Below are positions 17,995-26,267 of a DNA stretch of 64,000 bases, piece by piece. The notes under the pieces are model-generated. The model was not told the DNA's origin and searched no databases. It worked only from the letters and a program-made list of their open reading frames with translations. This DNA comes from a virus. How positions within the stretch are numbered: position 1 is the first letter of the stretch; each line of letters begins with the position of its first letter. Made by a program: the position numbers and the translations under genes. The DNA is taken from IMG/VR virus record IMGVR_UViG_3300042544_000912, positions 1 to 64,000 of that record. The stretch is one strand, 5' to 3'.

Positions 17995-19246
17995 TAATAA
18001 TACAATTTGTCCCTATCCTTTTGTGCATTCCTATATAGGTTCGCAGTATGAAAGAAAATTGTGTTGTATTTCCGACGACATTGATGGGTTACAAAAAACA
18101 ACTGTAGACCAGTTTTGGAATTCTGATTTTATGCGTGAAACTCGCAAGAAAATGGTATCTGGTGAAAAAGTAGACCATTGCAATAGATGTTATTATTTTG
18201 AGAGTATTGATGTTCCATCTTTGCGCGAAGAAAGTTGCCGACATTACGATGAAAAAGATTTGTTCGAGGGGTATAATCCTGATACTGGAGAGATGAGTGT
18301 AAACCCGACCTATTTTGACCATAGAACAATTTATTGCAATTTACAGTGCGTGAGTTGTGGATATGTTTATAGTTCTACCCACATGTCACTTTATGAAAAG
18401 ATGTGGAATAAAACTATACAATTTAAAGTCGACCGAGAGTTTGAAGAAAATACCGCGAAAGAAATTTTGGATTCTATCAAAAATAAAGAATGTAGGAATA
18501 TTTACTGGGCGGGCGGCGAGCCTATGATGTCAAAAGTCCATTGGATGGTTGTCGAATTGATGGAACAACTATCCTCGGACCCGGAGTATTCTGATTACAT
18601 TCGAGGATTAGGTGTCCATTATAATACAAATCTTACTAAGTTATCTTGGAATGGTAAAAATATTCCAGATATGTTGGAATTCTATCAACCATCGATTCAG
18701 GCAAGCATCGACGGCACACATGAAACCTTTGAGTATTGTCGTGATGGTGGTAGATGGGATTCTGTATCAACCAATTGGGACGAGTATTATGAGAAGCTGA
18801 ATAAGAATCAACAATTTGGTATTGCTTCTGTTCTCTCGTCTCCGGTATTAATGGACATCGACCGCTGGTTTGATTTTTTTGAACAATATAATGTAAAAAT
18901 CTATAATCACAAATATATTTGTCATCATGAACAATATCCACATTCTGCGCAAGGATTTTTAGATATTAGACTTTTTCCACAGCATATTTTTGATAAAGTG
19001 GTAAATCATGCTATTAGTAGATTTGAAAACAGCAATATGATTGGCGCAGATAAAAGTATTGATATTATTAAATCCTATATTCAAGAAAAAGAAATGTATA
19101 AAGAATTTTTTGAAGATATGGAATTGTTGAAGGAAATCAAGAAAACTAATGAATATAGAGATAAGTTCAACAAGGGTGGTAAAACATATCCTGAGTTACT
19201 ACAAATAATTAATCCTGAAGCATATGAGTGGTATTTGTCCATATGA
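17978..19246 (+). CDS. radical SAM protein with N-terminal Twitch-like domain (copy 5)
   Basis: CNLQCVSC, AGGEP, ICPYPF..LCC..CNRC. Confidence 0.9.
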   Translation: MTIDSNNNTICPYPFVHSYIGSQYERKLCCISDDIDGLQKTTVDQFWNSDFMRETRKKMVSGEKVDHCNRCYYFESIDVPSLREESCRHYDEKDLFEGYNPDTGEMSVNPTYFDHRTIYCNLQCVSCGYVYSSTHMSLYEKMWNKTIQFKVDREFEENTAKEILDSIKNKECRNIYWAGGEPMMSKVHWMVVELMEQLSSDPEYSDYIRGLGVHYNTNLTKLSWNGKNIPDMLEFYQPSIQASIDGTHETFEYCRDGGRWDSVSTNWDEYYEKLNKNQQFGIASVLSSPVLMDIDRWFDFFEQYNVKIYNHKYICHHEQYPHSAQGFLDIRLFPQHIFDKVVNHAISRFENSNMIGADKSIDIIKSYIQEKEMYKEFFEDMELLKEIKKTNEYRDKFNKGGKTYPELLQIINPEAYEWYLSI

Positions 19247-20388
19247 GCGAAACCAAAATTTATTGTCCGTCTATGTGGAAATCAGTGCATGTTGATACTG
19301 ATGGCTATGTAACTCCATGCTGTCTTTTTATTCATAAAGAGGACAAAAAAAGCAAACTCGTTAATATAGAACATGCCGAGAGAGTTTTGCAAGAAGAATT
19401 CCAGGAGTACCGAGATCAACTCTCAGAGGGAATCTGGCCCAGCGGCTGCAATCAATGTAAATTCGCAGAAGAAGAAGGTAGATCGAGTAAACGTCAACAA
19501 GATTTGTGGGTTATTGACGGCGGATTGATGAAAACTAATCCAGAAGAAGTTTCTCTGGAATATCTGCAATTAAAAACTGGAAGATTGTGTAATCTTCGGT
19601 GCACTATATGCACTCCAGCTTGTTCAACTGCAATCTCGACGGAATTGTTACGCAAGGGTGAATTGGACCGAGAAACATATGACCGTCTCAACGAAGAAAT
19701 TGCTTGGTCGTATAATCTTGAACAATACAAAAAATTAAATCCCGGAAAAAACGGATACTTCAGGATTGATATTGCCGGCGGTGAACCGCTTATGAATAAA
19801 ACGCATTTTGAGTGGTTAGATCAAATCCCAAATCCAGAAAATACACAATTGTTATATAATACCAATGGTACGCAACGGCCGTCTCGTGAAGAAATTGAAA
19901 TCTGGAAAAAGTTTAGAGGAATATGGCTGTCATTCAGTATCGATTCTTACGGTGAAAAGTTTGAACAATTGAGAGTTGGTGCGAAGTGGAATCAAGTTCT
20001 TGACAATTTAAAATATTGTCAGGAAGAAATTATAGCAAAAGAATTTGATACTAACACTTCTAATTGCTCCATTGTCATGACAGTTAGTAAATTTAATGTT
20101 CGAGATGCGATTACACTCTATCAAATAATTAATCAGTATGTAACATTTACACATAAAGAACCGTTAAATTTTAATTATCTATATTATCCTGAACAAATGG
20201 CTTGTCACAACATGCCTAAGAAAGAGTTGGAGGATGTAATAGCTTTATATGACCAACAAATTCCTATGTTACTAGATGGTAGTAAAATGAAGAAACAATG
20301 TATAGATTTGCGTAATAGTTTAGCATCATTTCTAGAGGATAAGCAAATTGAGAATCCTAGACCTATTTCTATTGATCACAGGAAATAA
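19243..20388 (+). CDS. radical SAM protein with N-terminal Twitch-like domain (copy 6)
   Basis: CNLRCTIC, AGGEP, YCPSMW..PCC..CNQC. Confidence 0.9.
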   Translation: MSETKIYCPSMWKSVHVDTDGYVTPCCLFIHKEDKKSKLVNIEHAERVLQEEFQEYRDQLSEGIWPSGCNQCKFAEEEGRSSKRQQDLWVIDGGLMKTNPEEVSLEYLQLKTGRLCNLRCTICTPACSTAISTELLRKGELDRETYDRLNEEIAWSYNLEQYKKLNPGKNGYFRIDIAGGEPLMNKTHFEWLDQIPNPENTQLLYNTNGTQRPSREEIEIWKKFRGIWLSFSIDSYGEKFEQLRVGAKWNQVLDNLKYCQEEIIAKEFDTNTSNCSIVMTVSKFNVRDAITLYQIINQYVTFTHKEPLNFNYLYYPEQMACHNMPKKELEDVIALYDQQIPMLLDGSKMKKQCIDLRNSLASFLEDKQIENPRPISIDHRK

Positions 20389-20390
20389 TT

Positions 20391-21221
20391 ATGGACGTTA
20401 GCAATAAAAAACGAATGATATTTTTTGGCTGTTCCTTTACTTCTGGTCATGAACTCATGGATCACGATTTTCTTGGAATATCTTTTGATGAATGCAATAA
20501 ACTAAAAGAACAACATCTTCTTGAAAAGAAGTCGGTTGGTAAATTTGATACCTATATAAAAAATGTTGCAAATATTGATAATGCCCAGTATAATGATATG
20601 TCATCTAAAAAGTCTTATGGCGCTAAATTAGCAAATAAACTCGAACTTGAACATGTCAATTATGCCGAACCGGGCTTATCTATGGAACATTCATTCTTAA
20701 AACTAATTCATGCATTTCATTCCGGTGAAATAAATCCTTCCACAGATTTAATTTTTTTTGGACTTACTACCCCGCATAGATATATGTTGTTTACTGAGCA
20801 TGGTATACCCATAACTAAAGTTATGAGCGATCAAAATTATGCACCAGAGGATCTTCATTACAACGATTATAAGATAATGCAATCATACTATTTTTCTTTG
20901 GAAAATTTTAAAAATTTTTGCCTAACCAATTCATTTGATTTTATTTTGCAACCGGTCGTCAATAAAGGACTATTATTAACAGGAATGGTAGAGCCAAAAT
21001 ATGAGATGTTTATGGATATTCAACGTGATTGGAAATATCTGCCAATGTTTACTAAAATGTTAGAAAATAGTCTAGAATATTGTATCGATCAAGATGTAAC
21101 TCTGGTTTCAAGATATAACCCGAAAATACATGGTGTTTGTGGCTTCAAACATCCTACTGAAATAGCCCACGAATACTTTGCGGAGGAACTTTATGCTAAA
21201 ATTACTAATAAACAAGATTAA
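20391..21221 (+). CDS. SGNH/GDSL hydrolase-like protein (esterase or acyltransferase)
   Basis: IFFGCSFTSG block I and C-terminal HPTEIAH block V. Confidence 0.6.
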   Translation: MDVSNKKRMIFFGCSFTSGHELMDHDFLGISFDECNKLKEQHLLEKKSVGKFDTYIKNVANIDNAQYNDMSSKKSYGAKLANKLELEHVNYAEPGLSMEHSFLKLIHAFHSGEINPSTDLIFFGLTTPHRYMLFTEHGIPITKVMSDQNYAPEDLHYNDYKIMQSYYFSLENFKNFCLTNSFDFILQPVVNKGLLLTGMVEPKYEMFMDIQRDWKYLPMFTKMLENSLEYCIDQDVTLVSRYNPKIHGVCGFKHPTEIAHEYFAEELYAKITNKQD

Positions 21222-21297
21222 ATCATATTTTGCTAAAAGAAAGTATCTAAAACGAATTAAAGAATTGCGTAAACTGGATCCGTTCATTTATGATTGA
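21193..21297 (+). CDS. 34-aa basic peptide (not in the ORF track)
   Basis: MLKLLINKIKSYFAKRKYLKRIKELRKLDPFIYD; the ELRK.DPFIY end is a motif I recognise upstream of phage carbamoyltransferases; overlaps both neighbours. Confidence 0.6.
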   Translation: MLKLLINKIKSYFAKRKYLKRIKELRKLDPFIYD

Positions 21298-22723
21298 ATG
21301 GGGTATATCTGCCGCAGCACATGATGCGTCTTTGACTGTTGTTTCTGGTAATGAAATTTTGTTCGCCTCTCATGCGGAAAGATATTCTGGCATCAAGAAT
21401 GATAAGGACTTAAATGCTGATTTAATTCACGCGGCATTAAAATTTGGTAAGCCAGAAAAGATACACTGGTACGAAAAACCAAAACTTAGAGCGATGAGAC
21501 GATTGCTATCTGGTCAGGGCCTCGTTCGATTTAGTGTTAGACAGTATCTTGCGGCATTCGGTCTAAAAGATATTCCTGTTGAATTTGCATATCATCATGA
21601 ATCCCATGCCGCAGCTGGCTTTTACACTTCGCCTTATGAGAATGCGACCGCTCTCGTTATTGACGCTATCGGTGAATTTGATACCGCGTCTATCTGGAAA
21701 TGTTCCGGTGAGAACCTGAAAAAGAAATGGTCGATGGACTATCCCAAGTCTTTGGGACTGTTCTACTCTGCCATGACAGACCGAGTTGGTCTTAAAGCAA
21801 ATGAAGATGAATATATCTTAATGGGAATGGTAGCATATGGCGAACCCGAAAAATATTACGACGAAGTTAGAAATCTTTGGGAATCTGAAAACCTTCATCG
21901 CGGATGTCGTTGGTGGCGTAATGATGACTTTGATTTGGACCACTATAGTGTTGCCGCAGCAACGCAAAAAGTATATGAAGAAGAATTTGAAAAACTACTG
22001 ATACGCGCAAAGATGAAAGACACCTTCCAAGACAATCTTGTTCTTATGGGTGGATGTGCGTTAAACTGTAGTGCAAATCATATTGCACGAAAGTATTTTG
22101 ATAATGTCTGGATTATGCCTAATCCTGGAGATTCGGGTAGTTCTTTAGGTGCTATTGCAGCTAACAACAGACAGAAGTTTAACTGGAAGGGCCCATATCT
22201 AGGCGCAGATATGGGAGGAGAGTTTCCTGTAGAAAAACTCTTGACAGAATTGCGTAAGACGGGTATAGTGGGTGTAGCAAATGGGCAAGCAGAATTTGGG
22301 CCAAGAGCATTAGGCAATCGCAGTCTTCTAGCAGACCCACGAGGTCATGATATAAAGGACAGAGTAAATGAAATCAAGCAACGACAGAAGTTTCGTCCGT
22401 TCGCTCCAGTCATTCTGGCAGAACATGCGAGAGACTACTTTGAAATGTCATGGGAAGACTCCCCTTATATGCAATATACTTCAAGATGTAAATATCCTGA
22501 TCGGTTTCCTGCTATTGTTCATGCTGATGGGACATCTCGTGTCCAGACTGTGACAAAAGAGCAACATTCTGGACTATATGAACTTATTAGCAGATGGTAT
22601 GAAGAAACTGGATGTCCAATGCTATTGAATACGAGTCTCAATATCAAGGGTATGCCCATGGTGAATAACTTCAAAGATGCAGACGATTTTGAGGCCAAAT
22701 ATGGCGTGAAAGTCTTTTCGTAA
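21290..22723 (+). CDS. carbamoyltransferase, NodU/CmcH family
   Basis: HDAS, HHESHAAAGF, IDAIGE, SLGLFYS, MGGCALNC, EFGPRALGNRSLLADPR, RPFAP, LLNTSLN. Confidence 0.95.
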   Translation: MIEWGISAAAHDASLTVVSGNEILFASHAERYSGIKNDKDLNADLIHAALKFGKPEKIHWYEKPKLRAMRRLLSGQGLVRFSVRQYLAAFGLKDIPVEFAYHHESHAAAGFYTSPYENATALVIDAIGEFDTASIWKCSGENLKKKWSMDYPKSLGLFYSAMTDRVGLKANEDEYILMGMVAYGEPEKYYDEVRNLWESENLHRGCRWWRNDDFDLDHYSVAAATQKVYEEEFEKLLIRAKMKDTFQDNLVLMGGCALNCSANHIARKYFDNVWIMPNPGDSGSSLGAIAANNRQKFNWKGPYLGADMGGEFPVEKLLTELRKTGIVGVANGQAEFGPRALGNRSLLADPRGHDIKDRVNEIKQRQKFRPFAPVILAEHARDYFEMSWEDSPYMQYTSRCKYPDRFPAIVHADGTSRVQTVTKEQHSGLYELISRWYEETGCPMLLNTSLNIKGMPMVNNFKDADDFEAKYGVKVFS

Positions 22724-22734
22724 TAAATATTTAC

Positions 22735-23004
22735 ATGAGCAATATTCTAAAGTTCCCGAACAAATTTCGCAAGGAAGCTAGAAGTTATCGCATACCGTTG
22801 TATACGGATGCTGATATAGAGATTGTGTTATTTTGCGTTAATGCTTTTGGGGTTACTCCAAATAGAAACATGATAGACGACTTATTAGCAATGGACCCAA
22901 TTGAAGTTATAGAATGTCTTGACATTGCCAGCCAATCTGATATAATATCAACTGTAGCTAAGAATCACATACGCTGCATACGTGAATCTATTGAAGAAAG
23001 TTAA
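22735..23004 (+). CDS. hypothetical protein (89 aa)
   Basis: ORF downstream of an AATAAATA late-promoter-like element. Confidence 0.55.
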   Translation: MSNILKFPNKFRKEARSYRIPLYTDADIEIVLFCVNAFGVTPNRNMIDDLLAMDPIEVIECLDIASQSDIISTVAKNHIRCIRESIEES

Positions 23005-23010
23005 TATATT

Positions 23011-23559
23011 ATGAATATCTTTTATTTGGACCGTGACGTTTCCAAGTGTGCCGAATATCATAACGACAAGCATGTCGTCAAGATGATTATAGAGTATGCA
23101 CAACTGCTATCTACCGCCCATCGCGTAATCGACGGCGTAGAATATGTGGATAAGACTGCCAATGGCAGGTCAATCAAACGCTGGCGAATGGAAGACAATA
23201 CTCTTGAAACAGTCCTCTACAAAGCTACGCATATCAATCATCCGAGTGCTGTCTGGGTTCGCCAGTCTAACAATAATTATAACTGGCTTGTATGTCTATT
23301 CCAATCCTTGCTTGCAGAATACACTCATCGCTATGGTAAAATCCATGCTACCGAACGACTAGTGTATTTTCTCCGCAAGCCGCCTCAGAATATTCCAGTC
23401 AGTCATCTGACACAGCCAACTCCTGCTATGCCAGACGAATACAAGGTACATGGTGACTCTCTACAGTCATATCGTAACTATTATGTAGGTGCAAAAAAAA
23501 CTATGGCAAAATGGAAAAATCGTGAAATTCCTTGCTGGTGGAAAGACGCGACACAATAA
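23011..23559 (+). CDS. pyrimidine-dimer DNA glycosylase (DenV/endonuclease V-like family)
   Basis: MNIFYLD..HNDKHVVKMIIEYAQLLSTAHR, YKATHINHPSAVW, PAMPDEYK, YRNYY. Confidence 0.8.
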   Translation: MNIFYLDRDVSKCAEYHNDKHVVKMIIEYAQLLSTAHRVIDGVEYVDKTANGRSIKRWRMEDNTLETVLYKATHINHPSAVWVRQSNNNYNWLVCLFQSLLAEYTHRYGKIHATERLVYFLRKPPQNIPVSHLTQPTPAMPDEYKVHGDSLQSYRNYYVGAKKTMAKWKNREIPCWWKDATQ

Positions 23560-23567
23560 ATAACTGC

Positions 23568-23656
23568 ATGAAGACAGTTATACCGATTTCACCTCCCGAA
23601 TTCACAGTGCCTCCCTCGGCACTAGGCGACTCTGCGCTTGCAGGGTCGCCTTTTTT
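23568..23656 (+). ncRNA. candidate small RNA: two CU-rich-loop hairpins plus intrinsic terminator
   Basis: AATAAATA (23555-23562) upstream; hairpin gatttc-ACCTCCC-gaattc (23585-23603); hairpin agtgcc-TCCCTC-ggcact (23606-23623); terminator aggcgactctgc-gctt-gcagggtcgcct-TTTTT (23624-23656). Confidence 0.5.
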
Positions 23657-23685
23657 GTATCAACTCAAACCCCTAAAGGACTGTC

Positions 23686-24441
23686 ATGGCAAGAAAAAAA
23701 CAAAACCCATTACAAGTTGTCTCAAATAACGATGCTCCAGTAACCTTAGAGAAGAGTAAATTATGCAAGGTAAAATACGAAGACCTCAAACACATTCAAC
23801 CAAAGAACTTCAATCAGAGACAATTTTTTGAATTATACGATCAACAGTCCACAGCAACTCTACTACACGGTGTAGCAGGTACAGGGAAAACCTACATCGC
23901 ACTTTATAAAGCACTAGAGGAAGCACTAAATCCAGAGACAGTATTTGAGCGAGTAGTGATTGTCCGCTCTGCTGTTCCATCAAGAGAAATTGGTCATCTA
24001 CCAGGAGATGAAAAAGAAAAGACAGAAGTTTATCAGTTACCTTATGTAGAAATCTGCGAGGATTTGTTTAATCATATCCAGCCATTTCAGCGATTGCAAG
24101 AACAGAAGTCGGTGAACTTTATGATCACCTCATTTGTTCGTGGTATCACTCTAGATAATTCCATCGTCATTGTTGATGAGTGTCAGAACATGACGGATAT
24201 GGAACTTAACTCAATCATGACCCGAATTGGCAGAAACTCAAAGATCATCTTTTGCGGAGATTTCCGCCAAACCGATCTATATAAAAAGAACGATATGTCG
24301 GGACTTCAAAAGTTCATCGCTATCGCCGAACTAATGCCTTCGTTCAAAACTATAGAGTTTTCTGTTCATGATATAGTAAGGTCGAAATTAGTTAAGGAAT
24401 ATATTCTGGCCAGACTAGAATATGAGGAGAGATACGCATAA
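23686..24441 (+). CDS. phoH: PhoH-family ATPase
   Basis: GVAGTGKT Walker A, IGHLPGD, RGITLDNSIVIVDECQN, TRIG, GDFRQTD. Confidence 0.92.
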   Translation: MARKKQNPLQVVSNNDAPVTLEKSKLCKVKYEDLKHIQPKNFNQRQFFELYDQQSTATLLHGVAGTGKTYIALYKALEEALNPETVFERVVIVRSAVPSREIGHLPGDEKEKTEVYQLPYVEICEDLFNHIQPFQRLQEQKSVNFMITSFVRGITLDNSIVIVDECQNMTDMELNSIMTRIGRNSKIIFCGDFRQTDLYKKNDMSGLQKFIAIAELMPSFKTIEFSVHDIVRSKLVKEYILARLEYEERYA

Positions 24442-24446
24442 AAGAC

Positions 24447-24475
24447 TTGACAAACTAAGCGAATCATGTTATAAG
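24447..24475 (+). promoter_or_regulatory. sigma70-type promoter
   Basis: TTGACA-N17-TATAAG with an extended TG. Confidence 0.6.
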
Positions 24476-24480
24476 AGTAT

Positions 24481-25149
24481 ATGTTTAAAACGATCTATGA
24501 TTATACCGATTTCGCCCAAGATGAAACAAGAGAAGATGGTAGCAGAGTTTACGTCAATGCCTTAGGTGTTGGATATCCCTCTGCTACCACTGTTCTCGGT
24601 GTTCTGAATAAAGATGGCATCAACAAGTGGCGTGAGCGCGTTGGCGAAGAAGAAGCCAATCGCATTTCTAAGCAAGCTACTACTCGTGGAACTAAAATCC
24701 ACACACTTACCGAATCATATCTAAAGAATGAAGAAGTCGATTTCGATAGCGTGAAAGCGTCCTTGTTAGACAAGGAAATGTTCAATAAGTTTAAATCAAT
24801 TCTTGACCCTATCGATAACATTCACTGCCAAGAACTGGCGCTATACAGCGACTTCTTGCGTATGGCTGGTCGTGTTGACTGTATCGGAGAATACAACGGT
24901 ATTCGTGCCGTAATCGACTTTAAGACTTCTAATCGGCCCAAGAAGAAGGAACATATCAGTTCCTACTTTATGCAGACCGCTGCATATGCAATCATGTATG
25001 AAGAACGAACTGGTATTCCTGTTCCCTTTCTCGTTATCTTGATTGCCGTAGATGGTGATGAGCCTCAGGTGTTCGTAGAAAAACGAGACAATTGGGCAAA
25101 AAAATTGCTTGAAGCCCGTGATTTGTTTGAAAAAGGTATTGACAAATAA
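24481..25149 (+). CDS. PD-(D/E)xK exonuclease (phage RecB/Cas4-like family)
   Basis: YPSATTVL, RGTKIH, ELALYSD, AGRVDCI, IDFKTS, YFMQ..AYA. Confidence 0.85.
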   Translation: MFKTIYDYTDFAQDETREDGSRVYVNALGVGYPSATTVLGVLNKDGINKWRERVGEEEANRISKQATTRGTKIHTLTESYLKNEEVDFDSVKASLLDKEMFNKFKSILDPIDNIHCQELALYSDFLRMAGRVDCIGEYNGIRAVIDFKTSNRPKKKEHISSYFMQTAAYAIMYEERTGIPVPFLVILIAVDGDEPQVFVEKRDNWAKKLLEARDLFEKGIDK

Positions 25150-25167
25150 GACTTAAGGTCTTATATA
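25139..25167 (+). promoter_or_regulatory. sigma70-type promoter of the tmRNA gene
   Basis: TTGACA-N17-TATATA; the spacer contains the inverted repeat ATAAGAC-ttaag-GTCTTAT. Confidence 0.6.
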
Positions 25168-25173
25168 TAGATT

Positions 25174-25476
25174 ATCAGTTGTTGACAGGCAACAATAAAG
25201 GCGGAAAGACGCGGGTGCAACTCCCGCCACCTCCACCATAGATACATCAAGGTCCGACCCGAAAGGGGTGCCTACTAAAGTGAGGGATGATGGTGTATCT
25301 ATGATGGGGGTGAACTAGGATCGATTTTCGTGTAATAGGAAGTCCGAGACTGATTGCTTGGCAAAGTGCCACTAAAAGTAAATGCAAACGATAACGTTGC
25401 CTTTGCAGGATATGCGCTAGCCGCATAATCTCATTGGGTTTTTGATAGTTTTCCCTCGAAACAGAATAAAACTATC
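25174..25476 (+). ncRNA. ssrA: circularly permuted (two-piece) tmRNA
   Basis: T-arm GCGGG-TGCAACT-CCCGC plus CACCTCC-A-CCA (25211-25238) lies before the 5' strand GGGGGTG (25306-25312), giving a 7-bp acceptor stem with G3:U70; self-paired intervening segment 25239-25305; tag ORF 25384-25428 ANDNVAFAGYALAA*; 3' hairpin 25444-25476; 5' and 3' ends approximate. Confidence 0.93.
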
Positions 25477-25539
25477 ACCTGTTCTTCTTATACGATGAAA
25501 TGCGTGGAAGTAGAACTTAGAAATGCTAAATAGTTATAT

Positions 25540-25587
25540 GACCCGACGTGTGTAACTGAATAAGCCAAACACAGCGGGTCTTTTTTT
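25540..25587 (+). terminator. intrinsic terminator/attenuator upstream of the cell wall hydrolase
   Basis: GACCCG...CGGGTC bulged hairpin followed by T7; CTAAATA late-promoter-like element at 25526-25532. Confidence 0.6.
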
Positions 25588-25658
25588 GTCTTCGGGCAAT
25601 CAGTGTGGGGAGTCACTGGCTAATACCCTCTCAAGTTTAACAACTAAATGGAAATAAG

Positions 25659-26264
25659 ATGACTTCCTTAAACAAGAAGTTCTTCAAGTTTCTTTCGATT
25701 ATTACACTATTAAGTTATGGTTTATATGGAATTAATTCATATGCTGAAACTGCCATCGAAAGAGAAGCAAGGGAATATTCCCTCGGCGTCGGAGAAGTAA
25801 TTCAGGACATCAAAGAAGATGCCCAAGAACAACAACGAAAAGTAACACAACAAAGAATCCAGACGCAAAATATCCGTCTGGCAAATAATAGAGAATTGAA
25901 GTGTCTAGCAGACAACATCTATTATGAGGCTGGTAACCAGTCTACTCACGGCAAATTGGCCGTTGCTGCCGTCACTATCAATCGGGTAAATAGCCCCAAG
26001 TTTCCTAAATCTGTATGCTCCGTTGTATACCAGAGAACAAAACGTGTTTGTCAGTTCTCGTGGGTGTGCGAAGGAAAGAAGAGTGTCCGCAGTGCGCAAC
26101 AATATGCAGAAGCCAAAAGAGTGGCTGAGAAGGTATTGTTCGCCGGAGCCAATCATGGCGTATTAGGAAAAAATGTTCTATTCTACCATGCAGACTACGT
26201 AAATCCCCGTTGGAACTTACGTAGAGTAGCTAAAATTGGTGATCATATATTTTATGCAGGATAA
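25659..26264 (+). CDS. SleB-type cell wall hydrolase (Hydrolase_2) with N-terminal anchor
   Basis: CLADNIYYEAGNQ, VTINRV, FPKSVCSVVYQ, CQFSW, FYHADYVNPRW, IGDHIFY. Confidence 0.88.
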   Translation: MTSLNKKFFKFLSIITLLSYGLYGINSYAETAIEREAREYSLGVGEVIQDIKEDAQEQQRKVTQQRIQTQNIRLANNRELKCLADNIYYEAGNQSTHGKLAVAAVTINRVNSPKFPKSVCSVVYQRTKRVCQFSWVCEGKKSVRSAQQYAEAKRVAEKVLFAGANHGVLGKNVLFYHADYVNPRWNLRRVAKIGDHIFYAG

Positions 26265-26267
26265 AGA

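Noticed and set aside
12770-21297. RiPP biosynthetic cluster with a dedicated precursor peptide
   Set aside because: No leader/core-type precursor, RRE domain, protease or exporter nearby; the 34-aa peptide is only a weak candidate
23532-23729. 65-aa ORF between the DenV-like gene and phoH
   Set aside because: Runs through a strong terminator and overlaps both neighbours; hairpin structure explains the sequence better, though a short peptide cannot be fully excluded
24481-25149. Cas4 / CRISPR adaptation gene
   Set aside because: No Fe-S cysteine set and no array or cas1; the PhoH-exonuclease arrangement is usual in T4-like phages
25211-25238. tRNA-like T-arm with CCA end (possible tRNA-Ala or pseudo-tRNA)
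   Set aside because: No anticodon arm upstream; its acceptor partner GGGGGTG lies downstream at 25306 followed by a tag ORF, so it is the acceptor piece of a permuted tmRNA
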